A DNA stretch of 64,000 nt from Mizuhopecten yessoensis (lineage: Eukaryota): the NCBI RefSeq assembly GCF_002113885.1, contig NW_018408358.1, positions 321,903 through 385,902 of the forward strand. Reading direction: 5' to 3'. A program made the position numbers and the translations under genes. Shown here piece after piece: positions 1 through 13,956 of this stretch (positions are counted from its first letter, which is position 1; every line of letters begins with the position of its first letter). The notes under the pieces were generated by a model. It ran no database searches, was not told the DNA's origin, and worked only from the letters and a program-made list of their open reading frames with translations.

Positions 1-1480
1 TATTTTTGTTTCTCTTTGTTTGAAATAGAAAGTTACCTCGTTTTGTTCTATCAATATAGATTAATGCGACGTCAAGGCAAATTTAAGCTTTGTACGCAAA
101 CAGGATAGTTAAATAAGGCTCGAAAACGGTTTATCGATCAATGTCTCTGAAAGGTCCTCGTACCACGGCTTAAAAGCGTAACAAATTTTTGACATGATCG
201 TATTGTTAGAAAAAAATACCTTGCGGACTGATCAAAAACTAACCAAAAACAGTGTTCAACGTGTATAAATGCTACAGGATCAGACAGGGATTAGAACCCT
301 CGCCCGCTGATTACTAACCAACTGAGCTTCAAGATCAACAGTAGGCCACTCTCTTACATTGTAGTTGAACTACATTATAACAAAGACGATATTATGCTCA
401 GATTACTGTATATGAAAACTTACCGTAGAATTATCTAGTGCTTGCTTTGCGGGAATCCTACTCTAGTATACAACTTTCTTACTAAAGAGTGCTATGATAG
501 GAATTTGTATACAACTTCTTAACGATTATAATGTATATAAGGTAGACGTATCGCTATACTGACATTATTTTCCAGAGTGGTTTTGATATTATCAAGGGTT
601 TGTTGATAATGGAGGAAAACGTGTAAAAACATCTTGAAAAGATAAGTGATAGTGAAATATGTACGCGGCAAGCAAGGTGGCAAATGGTCATTTCATATGT
701 CAAAAAGGGAAACATGGACAATGAAGTTTATAGTGGTAAGCGAAGTAGCAAAATAAAACGAGGGGTATTATATCGAGGTTTTAAGATACTCAGCTACATA
801 ATTGAACGCATATTTGAAGAAAATTTTGAGTTTATAACCATCACGCGATCTGGGATATTAGATTTCATTATGAAAAAGTCGTAGAATATTTAACTCTAAC
901 ATATAGTAAAAGAAAAATATGTTAACTTATTTAAGATGGGTTATGTTGGCAAGACAGTATATTTTGAAAATGTTGGTTTAATGGAAAAGGTCAGAACGTA
1001 TCTGATACTTTAACCATAGTCACAAGGCTTTATATTTTATAACGAATTATGAAATATTAAAAGTTGGACCTATTAATATATTTTGTTAGAACTGTATAAT
1101 TTCAATAGTTTCAATTCATGTTTATATAGAAGATAACTTGATTTAAAGGTGAATGTGAATTATTATATCAATGCATTTGTTTCCCCTCCCGACTTGAAAA
1201 TCGGGAATTGAGAAAACATGTATACCCTCTTGTATCCACTGAATGCTGTAGAGGCGACTAATGTGTAAACTACCTGCATAATTTGGGGATTCGCTTTTGT
1301 TTTCTCTACCTGGGGACACAGAAGTGACAAGGATAAATCTGCTGCACTCATTACAATATTTAGAATCTTTATATTTTCTTTCTGCTCTCAAACAACCGTT
1401 TTTGTTACCTGGCGCCTTACACGGCAATACCTCCCTTTTGGCAAAGCTTTATTCCAAAGCTTTATTCCAAAGCAAACTAT

Positions 1481-4400
1481 AGTAATGAAAATAGATCTTA
1501 TATAACAGCTGATGGTAATAATGAAAATAGGTCTGCTATAACAGCTGATGGTAATAATGAAAATAGATCTTATATCACAGCTGTTGGTAATAATGAAAAT
1601 AGGTCTGCTATAACAGCTGATGGTAATAATGAAAATAGTTCTTATATAACAGCTGTTGGTAATAATGAAAATAGGTCTGCTATAATAGCTGATGGTAATA
1701 ATGAAAATAGATCTTATATCACAGCTGTTGGTAATAATGAAAATAGGTCTGCTATAACAGCTGATGGTAATAATGAAAATAGATCATATATAACAGCTGA
1801 TGGTTATAATGAAAATAGATCTTTTATATCAGTTGATGGTAATAATCAAAATAGATCTTATATAATAGCTGATGGTAATAATGAAAATAGATCTTATATA
1901 AAAGCTGTTGGTAATAATAAAAATAGATCTTATATAACAGCTGATGGTAATAATGAAAAGAGATCTTATATAACAGCTGATGGTAATAATGAAAAGAGAT
2001 CTTATATAACAGCTGATGGTAATAATGAAAAAAGATCTTATATAACAGCTGATGGTTATAATGAAAATAGATCTTTTATAACAGTTGATGGTAATAATCA
2101 AAATAGATCTTATATAATAGCTGATGGTAATAATGAAAATAGATCTTATATCACAGCTGTTGGTAATAATGAAAATAGGTCTGCTATAATAGCTGATGGT
2201 AATAATGAAAATAGATCTTATATAAAAGCTGTTGGTAATAATAAAAATAGATCTTATATAACAGCTGATGGTAATAATGAAATAGATCTTATATAACAGC
2301 TGATGGGAATAATGAAAATAGATCTTATATAACAGCTGATGTTAATAATGAAAATAGATCTTATATAACAGCTGAAGGTAATAATGAAAATAGATCTTAT
2401 ATAAAAGCTGTTGGTAATAATAAAAATAGATCATATATAACAGCTGATGGTAATATTGAAAATAGATCTTATAAAACAGCTGTTGGTAATAATGTAAACA
2501 GGTCTTATATAACAGCTGATGGTAATAATGAAAATAAGTCTGCTATAACAGCTGATGGTAATAATGAAAATAGTTCTTATATAACAGCTGATGGTAATAA
2601 TGAAAATATATCTTATATAACAGCTGATGGTAATAATGAAAATATATCTTATATAACAGCTGATGGTAATAATGAAAACAGATCTTATATAACAGCTGAT
2701 GGTAATAATGAAATAGATCTTATATAACAGCTGATGGTAATAATGAAATAGATCTTATATAACAGCTGATGGGAATAATGAAAATAGATCTTATATAACA
2801 GCTGATAACAATAATGAAAATAGATCTTATATAACAGCTGATAACAATAATGAAAATAGATCTTATATAACAGCTGATGTTAATAATGAAAATAGATCTT
2901 ATATAACAGCTGATAACAATAATGAAAATAGATCTTATATAACAGCTGATAACAATAATGAAAATAGATCTTATATAACAGCTGATAACAATAATGAAAA
3001 TAGATCTTATATAACAGCTGATAACAATAATGAAAATAGATCTTATATAACAGCTGATAACAATAATGAAAATAGATCTTATATAACAGCTGATAACAAT
3101 AATGAAAATAGATCTTATATAACAGCTGATAACAATAATGAAAATAGATCTTATATAACAGCTGATAACAATAATGAAAATAGATCTTATATAACAGCTG
3201 ATAACAATAATGAAAATAGATCTTATATAACAGCTGATGTTAATAATGAAAATAGATCTTATATAACAGCTGAAGGTAATAATGAAAATAGATCTTATAT
3301 AAAAGCTGTTGGTAATAATAAAAATAGATCTTATATAACAGCTGATGGTAATAATCAAAATAGATCTTATATAATAGCTGATGGTAATAATGAAAATAGA
3401 TCTTATATAAAAGCTGTTGGTAATAATAAAAATAGATCATATATAACAGCTGATGGTAATATTGAAAATAGATCTTATAAAACAGCTGTTGGTAATAATG
3501 TAAACAGGTCTTATATAACAGCTGATGGTAATAATGAAAATGGATCTTATATAACAGCTGATGGTAATAATGAAAATGGTTCTTATATAACAGCAGATGG
3601 TAATAATGAAAATAGATCTTATATAACAGCTGAAGGTAATAATGAAAATAGATCTTATATAAAAGCTGTTGGTAATAATAAAAATAGATCTTATATAACA
3701 GCTGATGGTAATATTGAAAATAGATCTTATAAAACAGCTGTTGGTAATAATGTAAACAGGTCTTATATAACAGCTGATGGTAATAATGAAAATGGTTCTT
3801 ATATAACAGCAGATGGTAATAATGAAAATAGATCTTATATAACAGATGATGGTAATAATGAAAATAGGTCTTATATAACAGCTGATGGTAATAATGAAAA
3901 TATATCTTATATAACAGCTGATGGTAATAATGAAAATGGATCCTATATAACAGCTGATGGTAATAATGAAAATAGATCATATATAACAGCTGATGGTAAT
4001 AATGAAAATAGATCATATATAACAGCTGATGGTTATAATGAAAATAGATCTTATATAACAGCTGATGTTAATAATGAAAATAGATCTTATATAACAGCTG
4101 ATGTTAATAATGAAAATAGATCTTATATAACAGCTGAAGGTAATAATGAAAATAGATCTTATATAAAAGCTGTTGGTAATAATAAAAATAGATCATATAT
4201 AACAGCTGATGGTAATAATGAAAATAGATCTTATATAACAGCTGATGGTAATAATGAAAATAGAACTTATATAACAGTTGATGGTAATAATGAAAATAGA
4301 TCTTATATAACAGCTGATGGTTATAATGAAAATAGATCTTTTATAACAGTTGATGGTAATAATCAAAATAGATCTTATATAATAGCTGATGGTAATAATG

Positions 4401-4583
4401 AAAATAGATCTTATATAATAGCTGATGGTAATAATGAAAATAGTGCTTATATAACAGCTGATAACAATAATGAAAATAGATCTTATATAACAGCTGAGGG
4501 TAATAATGAAAATAGATCTTATATAACAGCTGAAGGTAATAATGAAAATAGATCTTATATAAAAGCTGATGGTAATAATCAAA
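1481..4583. repeat. 36-bp tandem array (unit AATAATGAAAATAGATCTTATATAACAGCTGATGGT), about 86 copies
   Basis: Directly visible periodicity; produces the 12-aa repeat ORFs (IITISCYIRSIF, YYHQLLYKIYFH). A homogeneous GATAACAATAAT variant block lies at about 2800-3235; 35-bp units occur near 2280, 2710 and 2746. Confidence 0.97.
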
Positions 4584-5959
4584 GTGATTTAAAAAGAATA
4601 ATAATAAAAAGCAACAGCAACAAAAGAAAAATGCAAAAACCATAAATCGATCTCTTAGTCGATAAAACTAGGTCAGAATGTGAATAAAGGGCGTATTTAC
4701 ACGGAGACCATTGAAAAAATACAAGGAAAAATACCTTTTCCGGAGGAGTAGGCGTCATTTGCTTCAACAACGACATTCGCCATGGTAATGTTATTGTTAA
4801 ATGCAATAGATAATCGTAATAATTACAATAGATTGATGTTGCAAATCTTCACAATAATGATAATATTTTAGTACAAAATACACTTTTATTGTTAGACACG
4901 CTATGCTTCTACATGCATGATCAGGAAATGGTGTTCGCTACATATTTTCTACTTTTGATTCACAATACATTAAGGCTTGCTTATTTTTTGTTGTGTTACA
5001 TAGAATCAATATTATTAATTGTCTTGGTTTGGGCCTTTATGTTATTAAAAAAATAAGAATTGTTTTTCGCATGTTTCCATATTTTATCTTTCTTTGTGCT
5101 TTTAGTATTATCGATTTTGCTTTTAAAACTGAATTGAAAATTGGTGTTTGTGGAAGCATTGTATTACTGTTTTCTGCATTTATGTCAAAACCTCATCGAA
5201 TGCCTATAGTGTATAAACAATATATTTGAATAAGAAAAAAATAAGTCTCAAAATAAATTAATCAATAAACTTAAAAAGTGAAATACACTTTATATGTTAC
5301 TTCTATCCGTTTAACTACTTAAAAACGATTGATATCTTTACAATGTTCTTTTGAAAATAAGCATAGACATATCTTGTTTACATTTGTAAAAAAAAACATA
5401 ACTAATAATTTCGAATCAATATTTATTGAGTTTGATACGAGAGGAGTGCCGGGTCGTTTATAGTTTAAAATCAATAAGTTTTCTTTATTTCAAGTGTAAC
5501 AATGTCAATAAATTACAATATATATCGCATCATCTTTGAACACTTTGCAGTTTGTCTCAATGAAGTCGTCATCCAAACCTCAAGGGAGAGTAATTGAGCA
5601 AGTGGATGTAGAATCACTCGAACCCAACACGACAGAGGGCACATCCGAGATTATGAGTCGATATAAACTGTCGTACCTCTAATCATTTAGCGCACATGTA
5701 AGAAGAGTCTACGCTCAAAAGTATAACAAACAATACATTTTGAAGCGACGTTTATGCGTTGATGTAGATATATCTGTCAAATAATCTTCGTGTGGGTTTA
5801 GGGTCTTGTGGGGATGGAATAGCGTGTTGAATCGATTTTTCTTTCGTTTTGACTACATTGGAACACTTTTTTTTTCTTTTCTTCTCGATTATGAGTTCTG
5901 TTCTACCATACTGTCAGCGTGGTACTCCGACTGGGCCTGTTGTCAGAATGATGCATGCT

Positions 5960-6045
5960 CGAAGTTCCATGGGTTACAAAGGCACCCAACATAGTATTCC
6001 AACCAGTCACATTATACTGATAAGAGGTAAACCACTATCCTCGGA
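5960..6045 (-). mobile_element. MetaSINE central-domain fragment
   Basis: accagtcacattatactgata matches the core seen in the fuller copy at 39715-39750 (cccggtcacattatactgaca). Confidence 0.55.
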
Positions 6046-7775
6046 ATCCTCTGGGTTTCTCTCACATACGTCCTCCCCATCCCCCCCCTCCCCCCTCCTT
6101 CGAATATGTCATGGCAGAATCGAAGGCACGCGGTATGCTATTCGATTGGCTTTAAGTAAAAACAACACCTGACAAATCATTCCGCTAAACCTATGAAGAT
6201 TACTGAGGAGCAACGCCCGCCAACTTCACAGCCAGTTACGTTTTACCGTTATGCTGCCGCGCGATGCTTTTGATGTACATCAAAAGATCACACTGGTTTA
6301 CTTGTACCATCCACAGAGTTGCGCGTCAAGAGTCCTCGAATTTGCCATACATTATTTCAGGGGTGCAAAGAGCATAGGTGAGCGTAAGTGAGCGTAACCC
6401 ATGGAATTTTGAGGATTAAATAATGTAACATGGTGAAATTTTACTCTACATGGACTCCGGTGAAATTGTAATTGTACCGTATACAATAATATGAACTTTT
6501 GCTCAAGTTGTGGTATTTCAGTAAGGTGACACTGTATAAAAAAGCCAATGAGTAGTCATAACATCAATATGGGAAACCATCGTAATCCTTAACCTTCACA
6601 GTTTATGTCTCATTGAAAAAAGTATCATTCTCTCAAAACAGTCTTAACATATTTATTTCATTTACAAAACTGTGGCATGCGGTTCTCTATCTACGTTTGA
6701 GTTTGACCGTTCTTAAACGGTTAAAATCTAAAATCAAAATAAGAAAACTACATGAGCTCTGTTTGATACAAAATTACCGTTTTAACAGGCCTTCAGGTTT
6801 GGTTTATCTCTGTGGGTGTATCGTTGTGTGGTTCTCACACAGAAGAACCTGAGTTCTCTAGCTATCGGTTGTATTTATGTCCATTTATTGCCTATATATC
6901 CATCAGTTTGTAGTTTCGCTTTACAGTTGGACGTAAATAACTTAGAACTCTGCCAAGACTTCCAGGATGAAATGGCCTCGTGCTCGTTGCAGTGAAGTGC
7001 TTCATCAGACCACGATCTACGGGTTACGTAATGGATATAAACACCTGCATTAACGATAACAAACAACGCGTGCATGTTTTAGCTCTCGTAGCTATCTCTG
7101 AACAGTTATTGCTGCCGAAAATGAGATAAAAATGTGGGAGTGTTTTACCTAGCATTTGTTTTACACCTAATATTGTCTTCCTTTTTGTGTACGGAGAGAC
7201 AGGAATAAAAGTTATAATGCATACAAAAGTCGTGATATGTGGACGTATACACGGATGAATGACTGACACTGACGGAACTAAGAATATAATTGATGTAGAG
7301 ATTTAAAACTATCATATCTCTCCATTTTGAACGATTGAATTGCGACAAATGAGAAATTATACATATATATAATTTATTATCTATGAAAGACAGGCAAAAT
7401 ATTTAACAGTCTTATTAAAGAGATATATAGACAAATCGGAATATATTCTAAAACGTTAACAATTAAACAAAAACTGGGCTGTTACATGATTTATGACAAG
7501 ATAAACGCTTGAAAGACTCTAACAAGTTTGGACAACGTTTTATAATTAATATATCTTCATGTTTACAATAAATATGTATGTCACCCTGGTAAAATACAAT
7601 CCACTTCCTACCGACTCAGCTAAGGAGAATTTCATTTTAGATAGCCAGAGGTCCCGGGTTCGGCTCCTAGCGGAAGCATTACAAAAATAATGACCTCTGG
7701 TACATGTATACAAACTTGCCTTCATCTCGAAATAGGAGGAATAATAAAAAGGTTACTAGCCCTTAGTTTGTGAAT

Positions 7776-7982
7776 ACTGTATACAAGGATATGTTCGCTG
7801 CAGGTTATTTTATTCCAGTTTCGCCCTGCGTTATACGGGCGAACTAATCATGACAGCGAATATTAGTGCACAGTTTATCCTATGAAGTTACTATATGTGA
7901 AGGGCGAAATTTACACTGGGCGAATGCATATTTCACCAGTGAAAGACAAATATTGAACTGGGCGAAAGTTTCCCGGTATTTA
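7776..7982. mobile_element. Degenerate MITE-like non-autonomous DNA element
   Basis: Begins TACTGTATAC; TTCGC(C) repeats on the left face repeated GGGCGAA motifs on the right, an inverted subterminal-repeat arrangement. Confidence 0.45.
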
Positions 7983-9154
7983 AAAGTTGTTCTTGTCCTG
8001 CTTAAGACTGAATGCTTTCACAACCACAAAGGCCATATTCAGATGGGTGACTTGGGTCCCCCGGGGGGATGTAGAAAAAAAGTAAACTGAGAGAAGGAAA
8101 GATATAGGTCCAAATATTACCATGAGGGAAGCAGATCAATATTGTTTTCTTTGATGTCTCATTACCAGAAAGCACAGAAAATCCCCCTCCCGATCTGCAG
8201 GGGCCCCACATGCTCCTGACGATAACATGCCTGGGATACAGTAAGTCTATTCTTTCCCTGAACATGCAGAAAATTTGATGGCAGATAATCGGACGAGAGA
8301 CAGACAAGATGTTTGACAAAGTCTTATTAATGACATTTATTAATATGAACTGGGTCAGCTTACTAATTTTGATCTGCAGACAGAAACAATCTAGATAATA
8401 GCGATGTTGTTTTTCATGCAAAGATATGGTCACGAAAACAGACATCAATTCGGCAAATTCGAAAAGTCGTTGCAGTTGGATCGTAGTTGAACGATTAAAC
8501 GAACATAAAAGAAGTGAAACTATCTCTAATGGATTTTGGAATATTTAAATGGCTGAAAATATCGACAATAAATAAAAGATTCGTTCCCGCAGATTTTAGG
8601 TATTTTTAAGCATTATCGAAATGGTTTCATATTTCAAAGCATTAAATAGGATATAAAGCTTATCAACAGTATCATACTTTGAAGATATCGCAATACGTTT
8701 TAGAAGTAACGAGCCCAACATGGCTGCTGTTTGGCGTGTAGTGTGGGTTATAGAAAGAGGAGTTCAATCGGGTTCATATAACAAAACATAAACCGAATAC
8801 ATGTTCTTGAATGTTATAATAAACTTTAATATATTAAAATTACATCATCTGCTTGATTGTGTATATCACGGCCGTCGAGGTCTGCCGCCATTTTGACAAT
8901 GAAGCGGCGTTACGCTGTCGCTTAAGGTCTTATAAAGCATCAATCTGAACCAAAGTAAACACTAGAGAAGGATTTTACACACTGACAAAACAGAAATTTA
9001 AGTAGAATTTCCAACATTTTGTGATGACATTTGGTCTGTTATTCTATCATAACGAATTTACGCCATTAGAAAAAAGTAGTACCTTCTTGGAGATAAATCA
9101 GCTCACACCGATCTACGCGCTTACCTGTTTGAAGTTATTTCGGTTATGTTTATT

Positions 9155-10625
9155 TAACAAGAGGCCAAGAGGGCCTGTATCGCTCACCTGGGTATTTAAG
9201 CAGTCATAGCCAAATATCAAATAAATATTATACTGTACTTACTACAAATATTCCAAATGTTGGCTCTCAGTAACACTCTTACCTTATTGGATCCCCTTCC
9301 CTCCCCTTCATTGGGTGGGGCATGGTTTCTACAACATTGAACCATGTTGGGCCAAGGATACGCTATATCAAAAAGATTAAGATAAAATTAATTGCCTTAT
9401 AGACATGCTAGTATAAAGCATTTTTGTAATGTGTGAATGGATGCATGAAAGTAATATGTTATGTGTATAAAATAAATTAAATGTCTTTTTGCAATATAGG
9501 TATGTGTTGTTACTCCAGTTGTAATAAACACAGCAGCATATATAATCGAACAAAATAGATCTCTGCTCTTCAAGGCAGAATCTGAGTGTAACAAATATAT
9601 GATCAATTTGAAACTTTCTCTCGCATTCATGTACCCCATTGTAAAATTGTGTTGTCATTGTCATTATATTATGCAAAAAGGAAATTAAAAAAGTGTCAAA
9701 TCAAAAAAAAAGATAAAGCTATAGGATAAAGTAGGTAACGGTCATTTTTATTCGCAAACTTGTTTCGCTCCATCTAAGGAAGCTACGTGTTAAATATCAC
9801 GACTCCATGCCTTTCACTTCTTCAAAAGAAGCTGTTTGCAGTTTTTGCTATATTTGATTGACCTCTGTGACCTTGAAAGTAGGTTGGGGTAATTTTCAAT
9901 AGCAAAATTTTGGGCTACATCTGTGACCGTTCCCAGCCAAATTATAATTCTATGCTTTTAGATTATTTAAAAGAGATCATTTTAGGTGTTTGACATATTT
10001 GGCCCCTATGACCTTGAAAGTAGGTTCATTCGCAAACATTGTCGGGCTCAATCCCAAGAAGTAACCAGCCAACTGATATGCTAATATTCATTTCAATTAT
10101 TCAGGAAAAGTCGTCTGAAGTGTTTTACATATTTGACCCCTGTGACATTGAAAGTGGTTTAAGGTATTTACATTCATTTGCAAACTTTGTCAGGCTGCAT
10201 GTCTGGAAGCTATCAGCAAAATTTTATGATTCTATACCTATCAGTTCTTCAGAAGAAGTCGTTTGAATTGTTTGACAAGTTTGACTCCTGTGACCTTGAT
10301 AGTAGGTCAAGGTCATTTTCATTCTCCAATGTTGTTGGGCTCTTACCAACGAAGCTACCTGCCACATATTAAGATTGTATACCTTTCAGTTCTTCAGAAG
10401 AAGTCATTTTAATTATTGACACTTTTGACTCCTGTGACCTTAATCGTAGGTCATGGTCATTTTCGTTCTCACACTTTGTTGGGCTCTTACCAACAAAGAT
10501 ATGACCCAAATATCATGACAAACAAATGAACAACAAACAAACAAGCAAATAAACAAACAAATAAATAAATAAACAAATAAACAAACAAACAAACAAACAA
10601 TAGATAAATAAATAAACAAAAAACT
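9155..10625 (+). mobile_element. Helentron-associated non-autonomous element (pearl/HINE type) with internal ~144-bp tandem core repeats and an (AAAC)n/(AAAT)n microsatellite
   Basis: Starts AACAAGAGGCCAAGAGGGCCTGTATCGCTCACCTG. TGACCTTGAAAGTAGG-like core recurs at ~9725, 9870, 10010, 10145, 10293 and 10437 (spacing 135-147 bp). Microsatellite at 10518-10623. Related fragments at ~55200-55300 and ~58230-58380. Confidence 0.7.
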
Positions 10626-13600
10626 CTTGCGAACGTTTATTTTAATCAGGTACACTGCATGACCCTGCCGGGAGTACGTTTCCAACAAAACGATTCCCGG
10701 TTACACCTCAGATATTTTTTGTCTCACATAATCAGTGTGTACTACTTCCCAGGGGCCCTATAGTACAGACATCTGTCACAGTAGGAGAAGTTAAGTACGG
10801 GCACTTAAAAACATGCTTACACGTTACAGAAGATAGGATAAACCTTTATCCCAGGCACATCACGCATCAAACTGAATAAAGCTGGACAGCTTACTATAAA
10901 CCGTAACATTCGTTTTTATGTTCTAATGTTCTTTCGTTCATTGTAATTTGTCATTCTTTGTCATTTTTTATTATGTTTTCCGTACTGTCATTAATTTTAT
11001 TTTTGCTCCCTTTTTGTATTTCTTTCTTCCTTTCCTTCTTATACTTTAATTCATTATTGTTTCCTCCTCACCTTTTTCACGTTCTTACTGTTTTCTTAAT
11101 TTCTCCTTCTCAGTAAACAGATCTTTCTGCGTTTCGATTTTCAATGTTTGTTTTTAACAATTTGCATGATTGATGATGTACCAGTTATGCCTTGCTCTGT
11201 AAACAATTATTGTTCACGTCTATCCCTGCCTCCCTGCCTCCCTGATTCCTTCTCCCTCTCTTTAGATAAACAAGCTCACAATATACACAGTATAACACTG
11301 GATGTTTATAAACAATTTTCAATTTATGATTCAGATTCGACGTCATTGGCACACAGCTGGACAGCACACAATCACAGCATGATCGAACTTGGTGAACCCA
11401 TTAGGAGTAATGGGTTGTAATAACTCTTGCTGTTTTAAAATATGAGTAATTTGTACTTTCATAATTGACGGTAATATTTTCTGATGTCTGTCAAATATTC
11501 TTATGTTTATAAACGCCTCGCTTCCGTATACAACGTCTAAAACACAAAAACACAAAATCCATTAATAAATAAATAAAAATAATTTAATTTTGGCTTATGC
11601 TAGTCTGTTTTCAGGTAATATAATTAAACCTAAAAAATGGATAACACAAAAAGTGATGACGTCGTATGCAGCTATGTTTGGTGCGTCATTCGTAATTCTA
11701 ACTTCTGATTGGTTGAAGTTGCTTGGCGATGAAATTACTGCGCAAATAATCTTTGTGCAAAATTATTTTTTTTGTTTTTTGTTATTAGAAATGAATATTT
11801 GGGGTTAAACGGTATATACCGAAAAAGACTGCGCACTTTTTTGCATAAAGAGCTTTTGTGGATTTGAGAACATTATGAACAGAATTACTTGTCTGTAACA
11901 ATTCCGTTTCATTATCGTTTTGTCCGACAGTCTAAAAGACTGATTATTTCTTTATTTCACTTTTCGTCTGATCAGTTATCTGGTTAATGTTCCCGGATCA
12001 TCACAAACCCCGCGTGCACGTGATATTGCTGCTGTCCTGTGATGGGTATTGATTTGTTGATGATTGTTCTGCCGTGAAATGGGGTCCCCGGGGGTGGGGT
12101 TGTTACAATCACATCGGGTTGGGTTGATAGAATTGTCAACTTGACAACGGGCTAGCAAGTGGAAAGAACAAGGTTACGAAAGGTGAAGTGTTGCGTGTCA
12201 GAGCGTGAAACGGCTTTAACTTTTGAAGTCCTAATCATTTTGGAGCAGGCTTGATACCGAATTCATTTCGCCATTTGTTAAAATCTTGATAATTTGTCAT
12301 TTTGGAGAAAGAAAAGATAAGACAAATAAAAAGTAAGCCACTCATTATGGACATAAGAGAGGGTGTCCGATTGGAATCAGGAATATTCCAACTATTCCTT
12401 GGATTGGGCTACCTGCCTTCGACATCGTACGGTCATTTTTTTCTCTACTAGGATTTTTGTATAGTTAACAACACAGACATGTCAATTTCGAATTGGCATA
12501 TTTAATAATTACATTCAATAAACCTGTTTCTACAGGTAGTGTTGGCCAAATGCTCATATTACACATGTGTTTAAGGCCAGGGTGGAATGAGTGACCGATT
12601 CAATTATAGATCCACATTTGTTGCTGATATCTTTCGTTAAATAAATTTTGTACTTGTAAAGATTATGTTCAAATACATATTCGACTATCTCACGAGACAA
12701 AATAAGAATACTTTTCTTTCACCATCAAGTGACCTTCGTTAATTATTTTTCAAACATTTTCTCACTTTCGTTATAAACTCGCACATACATTGATCATTTC
12801 TTAAACCGATAAACATTCGGACAAAAGCCAGGGAACCAGAATGTGTTTTGTGATATCAAAAAAGGCTTGCACATCGGTAGATACGATTGTTTGGATTATA
12901 AGTTTTAAAATTGTATATTTGATAATATTTTGGAAGTGTATCATAACTTAGATGATATGAGACAGAGTGGTATTTGATGGACATAGAAAACCTTACAGTC
13001 GGGGATACCGCAAGGTATGATAATGATATTGGTGAAGAATGGATTTCTAACATTAAGCTGTCCGCAAACGTTTGCACATTTTTGAATGGCATGATTTAAA
13101 GAGACATCTATGAAGATGATTACAGGTTGAATGATAATCTTGGAAATAATATTAAATTCACTAAGAAATTATGTATTATTTCTTATTTAGATTAATCAGA
13201 AGTTCTCCTCTTCTCAAAACGGCTTGACGCTTCATCATAATTTATTATTTGATGATTAATTTGTTTATAAAAAAATGTAATCGTACACAAAAAGGTTTAT
13301 TATTTCAAAAGATCTGCTATTGATTTCTTATCACATAAATTTTGTCTATCAAAAAAGTTTAAAAAAAAGAATGAGTGTTGAAAAACAGAGTCGACAGACG
13401 ATGTACAGAGATTATATTAACTGCATTAACACACTTATTCTTCGAATGTGGTCGAACTGTACCCAGAGAAAGGGCAACGTCTTGGAATCAATCCAGTTAG
13501 AAGCAGCGTGTATTATCTCAGATTTAAGACGGGGAATAAGTAATTAAATTCTAAGTATAGAGATAAGGTCTGAAACACTAAGTTTACGAAGAACCTTTGC

Positions 13601-13956
13601 ATCAACAATTTCTTCATCAAAACAAAGAATGATTCATGCTTATATCCTTGATAAGACTTTAACATTTTTGTCACGATAATCTACTTGCTGTGGCAATATC
13701 CATGCCTCATATATATCATACAGTGTTTACAATGAGAGATTTGCCAATATACCGAGGGTTCGCATCACAACTTAGTCTTGTATTAATCCAACTTGTCTAT
13801 TTCCAACGAGATTTGCTTCACACTCACCTGAATTAGATCATCGATCCACATGGACTAATATTTTTGTTTTATATCACACCGACAGAAAAGTAACAGTTCC
13901 TTTTATATGGAACAAATAATGCCCGTGGTTTGAACTTGGATCTGATAAACCTGCCT

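Larger units (their letters stand above)
1143..7315 (-). pseudogene. Heavily decayed multi-C-type-lectin-domain gene (copy B), interrupted by the 36-bp array and a SINE fragment; 3' end undefined
   Basis: Minus-strand translation pieces in CTLD order: MIVLNLYINYILSSVSVS (signal-like, ATG 7315); YIHYVTRRSWSDEALHCNEH (W-x6-C, ~7050-6985); VWQIRGLLTRNSVDG and GGRCSSVIFIGLAE*FVRCCFYLKP (~6350-6145); STCSITLP/VWMTTSLRQTAKCSKMMRYI (~5610-5520); KYCNECSRFILVTSVSPGREN...QWIQEG...GNKCI (1143-1427 ORF). Many stops and frameshifts. Confidence 0.5.

Noticed and set aside
1829-4643. Long minus-strand ORFs (IITISCYIRSIF, YYHQLLYKIYFH repeats)
   Set aside because: By-products of a 36-bp unit lacking stops in those frames.
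5551-5682. Plus-strand terminal exon candidate (ttgcag|FVSMK...KLSYL*) ending in a PDZ-like motif
   Set aside because: No supporting upstream exons; it overlaps antisense to CTLD-like sequence of the minus-strand relic, which explains the lack of stops.
6267-6286. 20-bp perfect palindrome CTTTTGATGTACATCAAAAG
   Set aside because: Isolated, AT-rich and without context suggesting function.
8002-8448. 148-aa minus-strand ORF
   Set aside because: No recognisable motif; probably internal sequence of an unidentified DNA transposon.
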